A stretch of DNA of 55,664 nucleotides, filler included, from Bipalium vagum (taxonomy: Eukaryota), in assembly GCA_037834085.1 (NCBI GenBank). It is 3 parts of 3 records of this genome, joined end to end, with 100 filler letters (N's around TTAATTAATTAA, not from the genome) between each part and the next. Parts side by side here need not be neighbours in the genome. Positions count along the whole stretch, not along the records: positions 1 to 16,945 come from JBBMKC010079614.1; positions 17,046 to 32,941 come from JBBMKC010139369.1; 1 more part is not named here. One strand, written 5' to 3'. A program made the translations under genes and the position numbers. The notes under the pieces are model-generated. The model was not told the origin of the DNA and searched no databases. It saw nothing but the letters and a program-made list of their open reading frames with translations. The stretch's first letter is position 1. The number at the start of each line of letters is the position of its first letter. Of the stretch, positions 13,600 to 25,772 are shown piece after piece.

Positions 13600-14287
13600 G
13601 TTTGTCTTAGCCACGAGCTTAAATGAACATTTATTTGAAAGGTACAATTTGCGACGGATGAATGAATTTATTGAACTAATACTTTATGTTGAAGATCCCG
13701 ATATAGTAAGAAAAAACTAATTGTTCAACACCTATCTTTTTGCCAAATTATGAAACGATAAAGAGACTGGAGAAAACAACTTTTAACGGATTTTTTCAAT
13801 CTAACACACATGGAAGAAGTAGAGGGTGATATTTTGCTTTCACCTGACATTAATAATGAATCAAATGATCCGATGCCTCACCGATGTCTCACTGAACTGG
13901 TTAACAAGAGTAAGAATTCCAATCCAACTCCTCTGTCTACTGTTGATTTAAGCAAAAACCTAAAATTATCAGAAGAAACAGGGAAGCGATCTGAGCGTTT
14001 AGAAAAGCTATACCGAAACCTATACTCAAATAAGGCAACAAGTGTAGAATCTGAAAGAGCCTTTTTATCTACAGGATATGTTTAACGAAGATTTTGACCT
14101 AGTTTTGAAGTCCTACTTTGCAAATATTGAGAAATAGAGAAGAACATCTGAAGAGCTGTTATTCTTTAAACAGGCGAAAAATGCATGTTAAATAACAAAT
14201 ATATATTTTCTATATTTATGGTCTTATTAAATCAGTAAAAAACCGATAAAAGTGGGTATAAAATTTTCGGTACTTTGCAAACCTTAG
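13600..14287 (+). mobile_element. hAT-family transposon 3' relic (C-terminal dimerization domain)
   Basis: ETGKRSERLEKLYRNLYSNKATSVESERAF carries the hAT dimerization motif TSVxSERxFS. TIR-like end ...CGGTACTTTGCAAACCTTA. Confidence 0.75.
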
Positions 14288-14924
14288 TCCATATCGAAAA
14301 TAACATGTTTAAGGTTTCAATATTTTTCTATTTTTTAGTTATTTATTTATTTTTATTCTCTTTATATTTTTTCTTTTATTTTCTTTCGTCATTATTGATA
14401 TATTTTTAAAGAATCATTTTTACTTAAGGACTGGATAATTTTAATTATTATAATATTTATTTCAAAAGATGGTTTTAGATTGAAATTTCAAAGTTAAACC
14501 TTAATAAGTTTTAAAAGTTCAGTTCAATCAATAATGAAACAGTTCTTGGTGGTTAAGTCTGTATTGAAGAATTAGATTCTGTTGTTGTTATTTGCATTTG
14601 TTAAGTTCCTAGACGAACAAATATGGAAGTCGGAGAGTAGGGTTCACAGTGATGTAATTTCATTTCATTAAGACAAACAAATATCTTTTCTTTAAACATT
14701 TTATTTGATACTAATCACCATTAACAATCCCGAACATTTGATAATACAAAACCAAATAAATGCTTGATTTCAATTCACCTTATTAATTAAAAAGGTACCT
14801 TTTCGATATATGTCTGGGTTAACCTTAAATAAGGAAATAATAAAGAAAATTTGGTAAGAAAAATAATTCACTCGCTCATATGTTTAGGGGTTCCAAGATT
14901 AAAATTATTAAACGTCTCTGTATT

Positions 14925-14998
14925 TATTTAATTAATATTAATATTAAATTATTATTAATATTAACTTATTATTAATATTAAATTATTATTAATATTAA

Positions 14999-15038
<40 letters not shown>

Positions 15039-15053
15039 TTATTATTATTATTA
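14925..15053. repeat. Short AT-rich tandem repeats grading into an (ATT)n microsatellite
   Basis: Repeated ATTAATATTAAATTATT-like units followed by (ATT)n. Confidence 0.9.
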
Positions 15054-15439
15054 CAGAGTTTTGTGAAGGTTGACCACAAAATCTAATATTAAGATTATTA
15101 TTTCTGTTAATATTTATATTAACCAAGCCTGCTAAATCTGACTCCTTCACTACCTTCTGAAATCGAAGATGAAACGCACCATGAACTAATAAAATTTTAT
15201 TCTAAGCACAAGATTTACACAATAAACGTCAATAATGATTTCAACACCACCACAATCAAATTTACAAATAGTCAAAAATATCAAACTTCGTTTGTCAACT
15301 GATCCATACATATAATGTGAAAAATGTTTTGCTCCTCATAAGCTTAGGTCTTATGATGCGTTCTATTTTTCTCTCCTGGTTCACTATTCATCTAAAAATA
15401 AAATAAAATTATAATGATTACAACAGGTAATACACAGGA

Positions 15440-16000
15440 TATTAAAAGAAAAGAATAAAATAAGAACAATATCACCAATATTAATTTGACCACGTTCTTG
15501 AATTGGCTAAAATCTTCTTGCCGACCAAGCTCCATGAGACCTGTACATGTTTGATATCAAGATGCAGGTAAACATTATGATAACGGAAATGGAAAACTGT
15601 TTTGCGTAATAATTTTTTCAAGTTTAATGAGCAAATACCTCCTCTGATAATGAACGAACTGTCTATAATCAATTTTGACAGTCACATATATGGTTGAAGG
15701 CGGCCAATCTGGCTGCACTCTCCAAATCGAGGGTCAGTTGAATCCTTACAGTTTTCAAAGTCTCATAATTGCAGTCAGTATCTTTCAGAATGTTATGATA
15801 TATAATTTCTATAACTAAAACCATTTTATTATTTCCTCAAATGTATAATTTAACATTGTAAATTACAGATTAATAATCCTATAGAATCTGATCCATCTCA
15901 TAGCTGATAGTCGATCCCAAAGGAATCCATTGCAGCAAAAAATTGAGCTCATAACTCATGGTTACAAATAGGTCTTGTATTCTATAGAAAATAATTGACC
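15440..16000 (-). pseudogene. Possible BEL/Pao LTR-retrotransposon integrase/C-terminal relic
   Basis: QERGQINIGDIVLI resembles the BEL/Pao C-terminal LQER...KVGDIVL motif. The rest is very degenerate. Confidence 0.35.
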
Positions 16001-16585
16001 ATTTGACTTCTTCAATGAAGAATAAGATTTAGAGAGAGAACCTAAAACGATCATACCTTGTGAATAATTCTTAAATAAAATATACTCCGATGCTCGTTAT
16101 ATTTAATTCAACAATTACTATTCACAGCCACTTGAGAATAACAACAGAACTTGAATCAATAAGAACAAAATGAAACTTCGGAGGCCTCTTTATTACTTTA
16201 TATAATAATAATAAATAACTTGAAAGAGTATTTTATCTCACACGTTCCATTTTAACTAAGGATAACAAAGAACAATAAAAAAAGGTACACAAAGAGCAAC
16301 TTCGTTCATCGTGAACCAAAATCTTTCCACAAAATTCAAAGCAAAAATAATAAAATTTATAAATAATAAATAAATAAAATAATTTATTAAAAGAAAATAA
16401 AGAATAAACAGAATAACAAGGAAAATTGAAATTATTTCCATTTGCTTATAAATATAAAAATTGAAAAAGGAAGTTGCTTCCGTATTGATTATTTAAAACT
16501 CTTTTTAATTAAATCGATATTGCAATTTTCTTTGAAATTAATTTCTCAAATGTAACAGTTGCTCATGTAAACGTTTACTGTTCAG

Positions 16586-16757
16586 ATGGCCAAGCGATAA
16601 CCTCACCAATGATACCAAATGCCACGGGAGAATACATGTCGGCCTTGCTGATTTCGTTGATTTTGTTAGCCAGTATCATCTGTGGGCTGGTCTTTGTCAT
16701 TTGCGTGTTTTTACTCTATAAATTTTGTTCCGAAAAGAATAAAGATAAAGAAAATAT
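16586..16757 (+). CDS. Exon encoding the transmembrane segment of an unidentified type-I membrane protein (other exons uncertain)
   Basis: Bounded by TTCAG| and |GTAAGT. The open frame GQAITSPMIPNATGEYMSALLISLILLASIICGLVFVICVFLLYKFCSEKNKDKEN has a hydrophobic run of about 25 aa followed by basic residues. Confidence 0.75.
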
Positions 16758-16850
16758 GTAAGTTTATTTTTGAATTATTAACTTATTGATTAGTGCACTT
16801 CAATACATATCATAATAGTTTTCAAAGTTTCATAGGTGTCATCAGAATCA

Positions 16851-16945
16851 ATATAATAATAATAATAATAATAAAAAAAATAATAAAAAAATAATAATAA
16901 ATAATAATAATAAAAGAAAAATAATAAAATTAATAATAAAATTAA
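16851..16945. repeat. (AAT)n-rich low-complexity repeat at contig end
   Basis: Direct inspection. Confidence 0.85.
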
Positions 16946-17045
16946 NNNNNNNNNNNNNNNNNNNNNNNNNNNNNNNNNNNNNNNNNNNNTTAATTAATTA
17001 ANNNNNNNNNNNNNNNNNNNNNNNNNNNNNNNNNNNNNNNNNNNN
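16946..17045. other. Artificial assembly spacer (44 N + TTAATTAATTAA + 44 N)
   Basis: Exactly 100 nt. The 12-mer has stops in all six frames. An identical spacer lies at 32942-33041. Confidence 0.97.
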
Positions 17046-17152
17046 CCTTCGATTTTAGTGAAATTTTAGACACACCTCCCCAGAATGAACACCTGTCTAC
17101 ATTGAACATTTTTTGTCCGACCAAGGGTGTTCAATCTAACCAGGTTTCACTG
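17046..17152. mobile_element. Terminal fragment of a pogo/Tigger-type element
   Basis: Ends ...CAGGTTTCACTG-TA, the reverse complement of a CAGTGAAACCTG pogo-type TIR. Confidence 0.55.
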
Positions 17153-17599
17153 TAATTAGATATTATACTGATCCATTAAAATCTAGTGAATTACCAATTT
17201 TACTACTCAGGAGATCAAACCCTTGACTCCAATGGAAAGACTTCTAAGATAAAATGATATAATATCATTTTATAATTGATTTCTGCTCATTATGATTGAA
17301 TCACTTGGTAACTAACTTTTAACTCCTCATCTTTTCTTTTGTTGATAAGTGTCTGACAGTCATTATCGGTATTATAATATTAGTATTATTATAAATTCTT
17401 TTGTGTACTCTTTTGTGCTCAAGATTAGTTTCAATATTAATTTGCTTGTAAGTTTTAATCTTATCTAATAATTTTATGTATCTTTCTTCAATATATTCTT
17501 TATAAAGATATTTATAAATTATAAAATAAAATAAAAAGGAAAAGTTACCATGGATAATAAAGGTATGATTTAAAAAGAATTATAGTAAAATAAATTGAA

Positions 17600-18189
17600 A
17601 TTACAAAGCTGTTCAAGTCCTGCAATGATTCAATTGCGAAACTTTTGCAACATTGTCACTTTATTCGTAAACATATGGAAATCGTTTCAGACATTTAACC
17701 TGACCAATATTGATGACCAATTGATGAAATCATGAGCGAGAAAACTGATATTTGTTGTGAATGTAATAAAGAAGTTACGATCTTGATACTAACCGTTACA
17801 GATATTTGTGATGAAATTATAAAAAGAAAAGGCGACGAAGATGATTCTTTACTGAAACTGATAATTTAACTGACCAAATGGAACAGCATATGAACGCTAA
17901 AGACGCGTTGTTATCAAGAAAAAAATCTTGGTGCTGAAACGGAATTAACTTATGTAATTAAAAATAGCATTTTCAAGAGAACGCAATGTTCATCCATAAC
18001 TGATTTCTTTAAAACAAAGTAAATGTTATGTATGTTTAACTGAAATATATTTTAGAATCAAATTTGTCTTTTTTAAAATTAATATTGCACAATATTTATT
18101 GGATAGTTGTATTAAGTACACTTGTTAATACGCTATATAGGTTTTACGATAATATTTCGATATCCCTACAATGTCGTATTAAGTTCACT
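17600..18189 (+). mobile_element. pogo/Tigger 3' relic
   Basis: Acidic tail and C-terminal SITDFFKTK* (Tigger-type KQxxITDFF). Terminus ...TAAGTTCACTG-TA. Confidence 0.6.
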
Positions 18190-18360
18190 GTATTAGAATC
18201 AATGTTTTTTACAATATTATTCATTTATATTATACAAAATTATTTAGAAAATTCCAGGGACATGTTAATAGCTATTCATTACATTAACAACATACCAAAA
18301 TGAAATACCATTGATAATTGACATATAATTAAATAGTCAACTCTTTTTATAAATAATAAT

Positions 18361-18397
<37 letters not shown>

Positions 18398-19179
18398 TAA
18401 TAATAATAGAAGTTAGAAATTTTATTGGTTCACCTTAAAAAAATTTTTAGAATTTTCATAATGTTTTCTCTTTGATAAACTTATTCAGCAGCATTTACAG
18501 AGGGATGGTGTGAGTGAAGGCAAATGTGAAAGTTTAAGATAAATTATTCTGATATTTTCATTAATTATTATTTTAGTGCTGAGATAAAATTATATTGTCA
18601 TCCTCGTATTATTGCATTATATTAACAGGAGAATGAATTTTTATGTTTTCATGTTGATTAAATAAAGATTTTGACTCGGTTCATTCAATATTATGATGTT
18701 ATTTATGGCTAAATTAATTTTTTCGATAAACTTTTTCTATAAATCAGTGATAAATTTTTTTTCATTTTGAATGATGTTTGCTTTTTTTTATTAAATGTTG
18801 TAATGTTTGGTTCTTAATATTAAAATTTAATATTATTAAGGTATCCGTAAAGTTAAAATTTATTTTACACCCAGGGAATTCGAAAATTAATAAATAATTA
18901 AAAATTTAACTAAATAAAACAAAATAAAATAATAAATAATAATAAATACATTAATGAATAATTTCGATTTATAAATTTCCAATTAATAAATGGAATCTGC
19001 AGAACGTTAAGGCAATTGTACACCTAGTGACGTTCTAAATATTTTATTAAAATTATTGAAATATTAAAGACAAGATTTTTTTATTTTGTGAGAATGATAC
19101 GTAAGTCTTTGTGTTAATAATAATTATGTAACAGAATTCAGATCGTCACAAAGGAGTAGAAAGGTATGGCGAATATATA

Positions 19180-20396
19180 TAGTCGTGGACAATGAAAAGA
19201 AAGCAACTTTCAAATCCGAAGTTTGTATATGTCAAATGCATTTGTTAAACTTATTTCTTATTTATTCGTTTCAAATATTTAACTAAAGTGACAAGGCAGC
19301 CAATGAGTAAATTAGATATAGCAATATAACAATATAGTATTTTCTAATTTTGTTTTAACGAAATATTTTTTTAAAATGGAATCTAGCATAAAAATGAAAA
19401 GATGTGTAGATTTATCAGATTTTATGTGTGGAAGAATATATTCATTGACATTTGATGTTCAAAGGTTGGTACCAGGAAATTGCGGTTTATTTTAAAATGT
19501 CTAGAAATACAGTTGCTAAATGTTGTCAGCGACTCCAAAAATGTTATCCTCCAGAGAAGAGTATAAGATCATAATTACGGAAGCAGTAAAATCACAAGTG
19601 AACATAAACGGTTTAGAATAGTTTACGAAAATGTGAAAGGAAATTATCTTTAATATTTCAGAACGAACTGTGAGTAAACTTCTTTATGAAAAAGGACTAT
19701 ACACCGAAACTGAACCAGAGGTTGAAAGATCACAGAAGTGAGTGGGCACTCAATCACTTACACTGGATATTAGATGACTGATCTCTTATTGCCTTCAGTG
19801 ATGAGTGTAGCTTTTCATTAAGCACTGATACTGTTCAGTATGTGCACCAATGTGTAGGAGAACAGTATAATGAAAAATGTGTACCTATTCACGTGAATAG
19901 AAGAAAAGGTAATTTTTTATTTCTGTTGCTTTCTCTATGAATGACTATACACCACTGTATCTGGAAAAGGTTGAATTTTGTATTCACAAAGGTAAAAGCA
20001 ACTTCTTAAAACTGGTCTACTGTCATTTATACGCAAACTCTTACAACGCTCTTGCACATGTTTACAGATCAGCAAAGGAATTTTTGGAAGTTCCTGATGT
20101 CAATATCTTCACGTTGCCTATTTTTAGTCCAGAAATGAGTCCAATCGAAAATTTATGGGGTCATGATGAGTGCGTTCTGAAACGAGATTATGAGCTGCTA
20201 ACTGACAGTGACCAGTTACTCTGTACATTGGAGTAAATAAGAAATTACTGAATAAGTCTTATTTTGATTGAATCCATGATTGGCAGTGTATACGACTCTG
20301 TAAAACATTTCTGGTAGTATAACAAGTTATTATTTTGCTTTTATATCAACAAATGTGAAAAAATATGTATTTAAACATGTGTGTATTTTCCCCTGT
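19180..20396 (+). mobile_element. Tc1-like (DD34E) transposon relic
   Basis: MKRCVDLSDFMCGRI, IAFSDECSF, YNALAH and FSPEMSPIENLW. 5' TIR-like TAGTCGTGGACAATGAAAAG. Confidence 0.85.
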
Positions 20397-20535
20397 ATAA
20401 TGTATTATGATTGTTAAATTATTCAAGTTTAATTAACAATATTAAAGACGATTAACAAGTTGCAAGTGCAGATTTATCTGCATATCAATTCCGAAATTCG
20501 TCAATAAAAAATAACAAAAGATTTATTTATACTTA

Positions 20536-21500
20536 CTCCATTCCATAAAAAAACCCAATTTTTTATTTCATAAAATAGATAATCACTGTTATTTTTTTAT
20601 CTGTATTAAATTGATTTTAGAATTGATGGCTCTTTCAAATGATCAAAAAATATTATTTCTTATCCATTATGATAGGATCTTAATGAAAATGAGAAAGGTC
20701 CATCCCGAATATGATACAGTCGAACATTTATGCGAGAGTACACTGGACAGAAAGAGTGGATCTGGAAGAAGGAATTCGGAAGATTGTGCTGAGAAACGAC
20801 CACGAGTTGTCGAAGCCATTCGCAAGCGGCGATTCACTAGTATTGCTTGTCTGTCTGAGGAGACGAATGTTCCTTTAACGAGTGTTTTTAGAATTATCAA
20901 GGCAGAAGAAATAAAACTTGTCCCCTGAAAAATCTGTCCTCTCTTAAATGATAATCAGAAAATGAAGAGACTAAAATTGTGTGGACAAAATCGCTGCAAT
21001 AAATGGAATACCTATGTCGACGTAGATAAAAAGTGGTTTGAATTGTAACAATTCTGTCGAGAACGATATAATGAAAACAGTCCGAGGAAAAAGCAGCCAA
21101 TTCTTAGTAAAAAATTATCATACCGTCAGTTATTGCTGAAACTGACATCGCAAATGGCTTTAATAAGTGGATATATATCTGGAGAATAGAAAGGGATGTG
21201 GAGGCTCAGCGTTCTTCCAAAAACCATAACAAAGGTGATAAATACAAAGTTGATTGCACAATGACAGCCGATAATTTTTACAAATTGATGACTACTGAAA
21301 TTATGCCAGCAATCTCTGAGAAAATGCAGTGGTGTCCAAATATTACTATCCAAGTGGATAATGCCCGTCCTCATGTGGGAAAGAAAAATGTTGAAAATTT
21401 CAATGACTTCGGAGAAAATATTGTTCCATGTATTACCGTCATAAATCATCCGGGGCAGTGTGAACAATATTGGCTTCTTCAGTTCCCTCAATAAGCGATG
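20536..21500 (+). mobile_element. DD39D ('plant-type' mariner) transposon relic
   Basis: Starts TA-CTCCATTCC (Stowaway/DD39D-like CTCCCTCC TIR). RKSGSGRR, YVDVDKKWF, EIMPAISEKMQW, ITIQVDNARPH and VNNIGFFSSL correspond to DD39D IDEKWF, LPAIKEKW, IQQDNARPH and LDLGFF. Confidence 0.8.
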
Positions 21501-22412
21501 TCATAGAAATAATTGTAAAAATCTTGATGGATTGTGGCTGTCATTACAACAGAAATTTTGTTCAAATATCTCTTTTTGAAATTAAATCTCGGATATTGCA
21601 AGATATTAATAGTCAGAAAGGATCAATGGTTAATGTACAACATTTGTCATTAATAACTTTGTAAATAATGTGTTTTATTCTTGTTATAATTTAAATATAA
21701 TAGAAATATATTATTTTACAATATTTATTTCTACTTCTATTTGTCGTAGCGGTTATCATTTTTACTCAAAAGTCAAATTATGTCATTTCTTTGAATTTTA
21801 TTTATTTTTAATATAAATATTTCACTTAAATTCGGTAACAAAATATAATTTTAATTAATTTACATAATATTATTTATATCATTTCATTGGGGATTAATTA
21901 AAATTCTCTCTTCAATCTCCTTTCATTATCTCTTCGTGAAAATGTTATGCAAATTACCATAAAAGTAATAATAATAATAAAATGAAATAGTAAGCATTAT
22001 TTTATATTATTAATGGAAAATATAATTAATAATTAATTTATTTTCAGTAACAAGAGATGAAAAATTAAAAAGGAAATGTCTTTATTATTTCAGAACTGAC
22101 TGATATTTCATAAAGCATAAGTCTATCGGCGATGTTATATGCAAACAGAATTTCAATGAGAATACCCTTCAATTATATAACTAATTATCCTTAATAATTC
22201 ATTTGTCTATAGCTTCATTTTTTTCAGAATTCCGATTTTATTTTTGTCAGATGTGTTGCCGAACGTTTCAGGAAAATGCACAGAAGTAAGTAATTACTTT
22301 TTCTCCATTCTATTCTTTAACAAGTCTCTAAAGACAGTAATATGGATTGGGAGAGACATAACACCTTACTCAGAGCTGAAATAGTTTTTGATTGAAAGAT
22401 CGTTTTTTACCG

Positions 22413-25400
22413 TTAAAAATACTCCTCAAATTCATTGAAAAGAAGGGTAAAATCTTCATGGGAGACCTCATCAATGGTTAGGTGAGAATTTTTTAGGGAC
22501 AAATCTGATACTGTATTAAAATAGTTGATCAAAAATTGAATAGTTATTACCAGGGCAAAAACGTTCAGATTTTTTCTGTAGAAATGTTTGAGTTTTTTTC
22601 CAGATATTTCAGTTTAAATAACTTATGGTTAATCGATCATAGGAACAAATTAATTATATAATATAATAATATAATACACAAGTATAATAATAACATTACC
22701 AAAATTATAAATTGCGTATCGATAAATTAACCAAGATAAAAGGTAAAGATATGATAATAATCTATTAAGAGTACTTGTATATTTTAATACATTCATGGAC
22801 AATGACAAGTTTAAATACATTTATGGTCACAGTTTTTGAAATAAACACAAACTAAAAACTTTTTATATCACTAGGACTATTATACAAAGTCAATCATGCA
22901 TTCAATCAAAATACGGCAATACTGAGTGGTGCTCATTAAGTCATCCAATATTTCCTTCAACTTATAAAATAACTGGTCACTGTAAGTGGGCAGCTCATAA
23001 TCTTGTATCAGAACGCATTTCATCCAATCCAATACATTTGCGATTGGACTCACAGCTTCATTAATACTCGGCATGGAAAGACATTGATATCATTAACTTC
23101 CAAAATTGTCTTTGTTGATTTAGAAGCTGGATTTTATTTAATCAAGGATTTTAAAAGTGTACTCTTTTCATTGTGCACGACTGCAGATATTTCTATTGCT
23201 AATAGTAGGTTTGTCAATGTGAGGCACAATTATTATTATTGATTAATTCACTAACAGGTTCCGAATTTGATCATTTCAAAATATTACATTTTATTTATTT
23301 GCGAATTGATTGTGGGTCTCATCCCACTAAATTTACGAAGAGGTATTTAATTTCCCCACTTAATTTAACAGAAATGTCACCGTAATATAATTTTATAATA
23401 TTTAAATTTTGATTGATAAAGTACTAAATCTTTTTCCTAAGTCGAAGCGATAATCATTGGAATGGAAATTTCCTGGAGAATTAGGTTTAAGAAAAAGAGG
23501 TGATCAATCACTCATTGAACATGCATAGTGCTCATTGTCTTCTGGGATGATAAAGGCATTACTTTTTACGATTTTCGTGAAAGTGGGATGAAAATCAATA
23601 GTGAATACTACTTAAAACTTGTGCAAAACACTAGAAAGCTTCAAAAGAAAAACAAATTCTTAGAACTGTACTTTGTGTGCACACAAATTCATTTTTCATT
23701 TCAATCTTTTCTAATAGCGGATTTGAAATTCTCTAATATCCATTGCACATTACAGATTTAGTCCCATCAAATTTATAATTTTTTAAAGAAGTAAACAAGT
23801 AGCTTCCAATGCAGAACTGAGGAATTCAGTGTTTAGTTTTTTAAAAAATAAGTCTCCAGATTTCTATAAATCTGCTTTCAGAGGTTTAGCTGCTCTCTAG
23901 CAGAAATGCATTGGTCCAACGAATTGTCTATCACACTGAATAAACAGAAAAAGTCCAATAATAAAATTTATTATTAGATGATACATAATACTGCACTTAT
24001 AAAGAGCACCAATACAAAATTATTTTGTACAATGTCATCAATATTTCGCATATTAGCCCATTGATTTGATTAACGAATTTATATGAGACGACATACTTTG
24101 TATTAATTTTTGTCTATAGGCAACATTGCTCATCAAAGTCTTCGACAAAATTTGTTGGTTTTCTATTAATTGTTGAGAATTTGAAAAATAGAAATAAAAA
24201 ACATTGCTTGTTATGTTACATAAATATTATAATATTCCTAAATCTCTTTCTACGTTTGTCTCACTATTTATTGAAAGGTCTGAGTAAATAATATATATAT
24301 ATATAATATTATTTATTATATTACACATTAATTTAAAAATATTTTTTTACTCACTTCTTTTATTATTTCCATTTGATCGTCATCCATAACGACTTTAGAT
24401 TTTCTTTCGGAAACGTTTTTGAACTTTAAAAAGTCCTTTGCAATAAATAAATCTCTATATTTTGTGGAATCTGTTGAGCATAAACTTTGCCACTTTGGAA
24501 CAGAATTCATAGAAAGACTAAAACAAATTAAAATTAAGAGGGATTTTATTTCCATTAGTAGATGATAATAAAGATGTGCAGTAAAACCAATTACTTTTAG
24601 GCATTTTATATTGATTTTATTTTATTATTTTAGTTAAATTTGGAAAAGGTAAAATATTCACTAAACATTATTGAAAAAGAAACTTTATAATACTATTTAT
24701 CTTGTTAAGAGTCAGGAAAGAGAATCTTCTAAAAATTAAGCAAACATTACAACACCCTAAAGGAACTTTAATAACCGGAAGCAGGATTCTATTGTCGGTA
24801 GAGATGATTTTAAAAGTGCAGACATGTAGGTGGGCTAGTCGCAGGTTAAAAGACCTTTGAAGACGAAGACAAGGATTCAATATTAAAAATACAGATGATT
24901 AACTGATCAAAACAAAAAATACGTGATAGTCCATCCAAAACCTTCATTCGAAAGAATACATTATAAATGAAGAATGATTTCATTCTCAGCACAGACGATA
25001 TAAAAAATTATTTCTATTCCAGAGACATACCCTCTAGAACAATATTTGGAATAAGAGCTCAGCCTGTGTACCCTAAAGAACTTTGTTTGTAAAAGCCTTT
25101 TTTCAAAATGGCCTTCAAAACAACCATTTTGTATGTTTACATGAATAAATTACGATGTATTTTTGTCATATTTATCATATTCCAATAATATTTATTCGAC
25201 GTCAAGTGGAAAAAGTACTAAGGAATGATGTTATTGAAAAAATTGAAATTGAAGCCGATCTTATTTTTTCAATCGTTTTATGTAAGTTATATTCAGAGAA
25301 AATGTCAAAAACTTGTTCTTACTCGAGGTTCAGACTTTTGTCATTAGGTTGTGGAGTAACATAGTTGTGCAAAAGTGGTTGGTTCAAGGGTGGACGATTT

Positions 25401-25573
25401 GGAACAACGTATTCTGAATTCGAGATCGACTCTGTCATTTGTGGAGCCGGTTTTTTGCCTAGAGGACTTGATATGTTTCGTCTAGCAACTTCTACATAAA
25501 TGGGTTCCGAAGCAGAATTTAGAACTTCAAGAACTTGCTCGTGAGAAGCTGTGGTTAAATCTTGACCATTAAT
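22413..25573 (-). CDS. PDZ-domain protein, PDZRN3/PDZRN4 (LNX3/4; Slip1)-like, partial. Exons 25573-25323 and 24517-24355; tentative exons 22575-22551 and 22510-22413
   Basis: Exon 25573-25323 (TGTAG|...|GTAAGA) encodes INGQDLTTASHEQVLEVLNSASEPIYVEVARR, versus PDZRN3 PDZ1 [32 protein letters not shown] as I recall it. The following exons are phase-compatible (2,0,1) and end EEYF*. 5' exons not resolved; candidates lie at about 29-32 kb. Confidence 0.7.
22790..23240 (-). mobile_element. Truncated inverted copy of the Tc1 family at 19180-20396
   Basis: Shares GATTATGAGCTGC..ACT.ACAGTGACCAGTTA and a TIR-like CATTCATGGACAATGACAAG. Translation SPIANVLD...DYELPTYSDQL. Confidence 0.8.
23330..24012 (+). 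mobile_element. Mariner relic
   Basis: VLIVFWDDKGI, INSEYY, DLVPSN and *QKCI. TIR-like ...GCACTTATAAAGAGCACCAA-TA. Confidence 0.75.
24700..25060 (+). pseudogene. Possible highly decayed mariner N-terminal relic
   Basis: Fragments FEDEDK, LTDQNKK and STDDIKNYFY (similar to TGDEKWxFY). Confidence 0.3.
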
Positions 25574-25772
25574 CTACAAAAAATCTCATATAAGAAATCA
25601 TAATCAAAAATGATTGGATAAACACGATAATGTTTTGGACAAATTTCATTTTACAAAATTAAGAAAATTACATAAACTGACACAAGGAGTTTTAGTTTTA
25701 CATCTGACCTAAAACAAACATTAGCTTACAGACGGAGATCTTTAATCGTAGTCACAGAGATGAAATATCTAC

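Noticed and set aside
14500-14620. Stop-codon reassignment (TAA as sense), suggested by near-open frames here and at about 24230
   Set aside because: The roughly 1054-codon ROS1-like exon chain has no in-frame TAA/TAG/TGA, which would be very unlikely if a stop were reassigned in such AT-rich DNA.
16256-16441. Hydrophobic 'membrane protein' ORF
   Set aside because: Low-complexity T-rich sequence giving F/I/L codons; no splice or homology support.
16946-17045. TTAATTAATTAA palindrome between N runs (also 32942-33041) as a biological motif
   Set aside because: It is an identical 100-nt construct with all-frame stops, so an assembly linker. Adjacency across it is not guaranteed.
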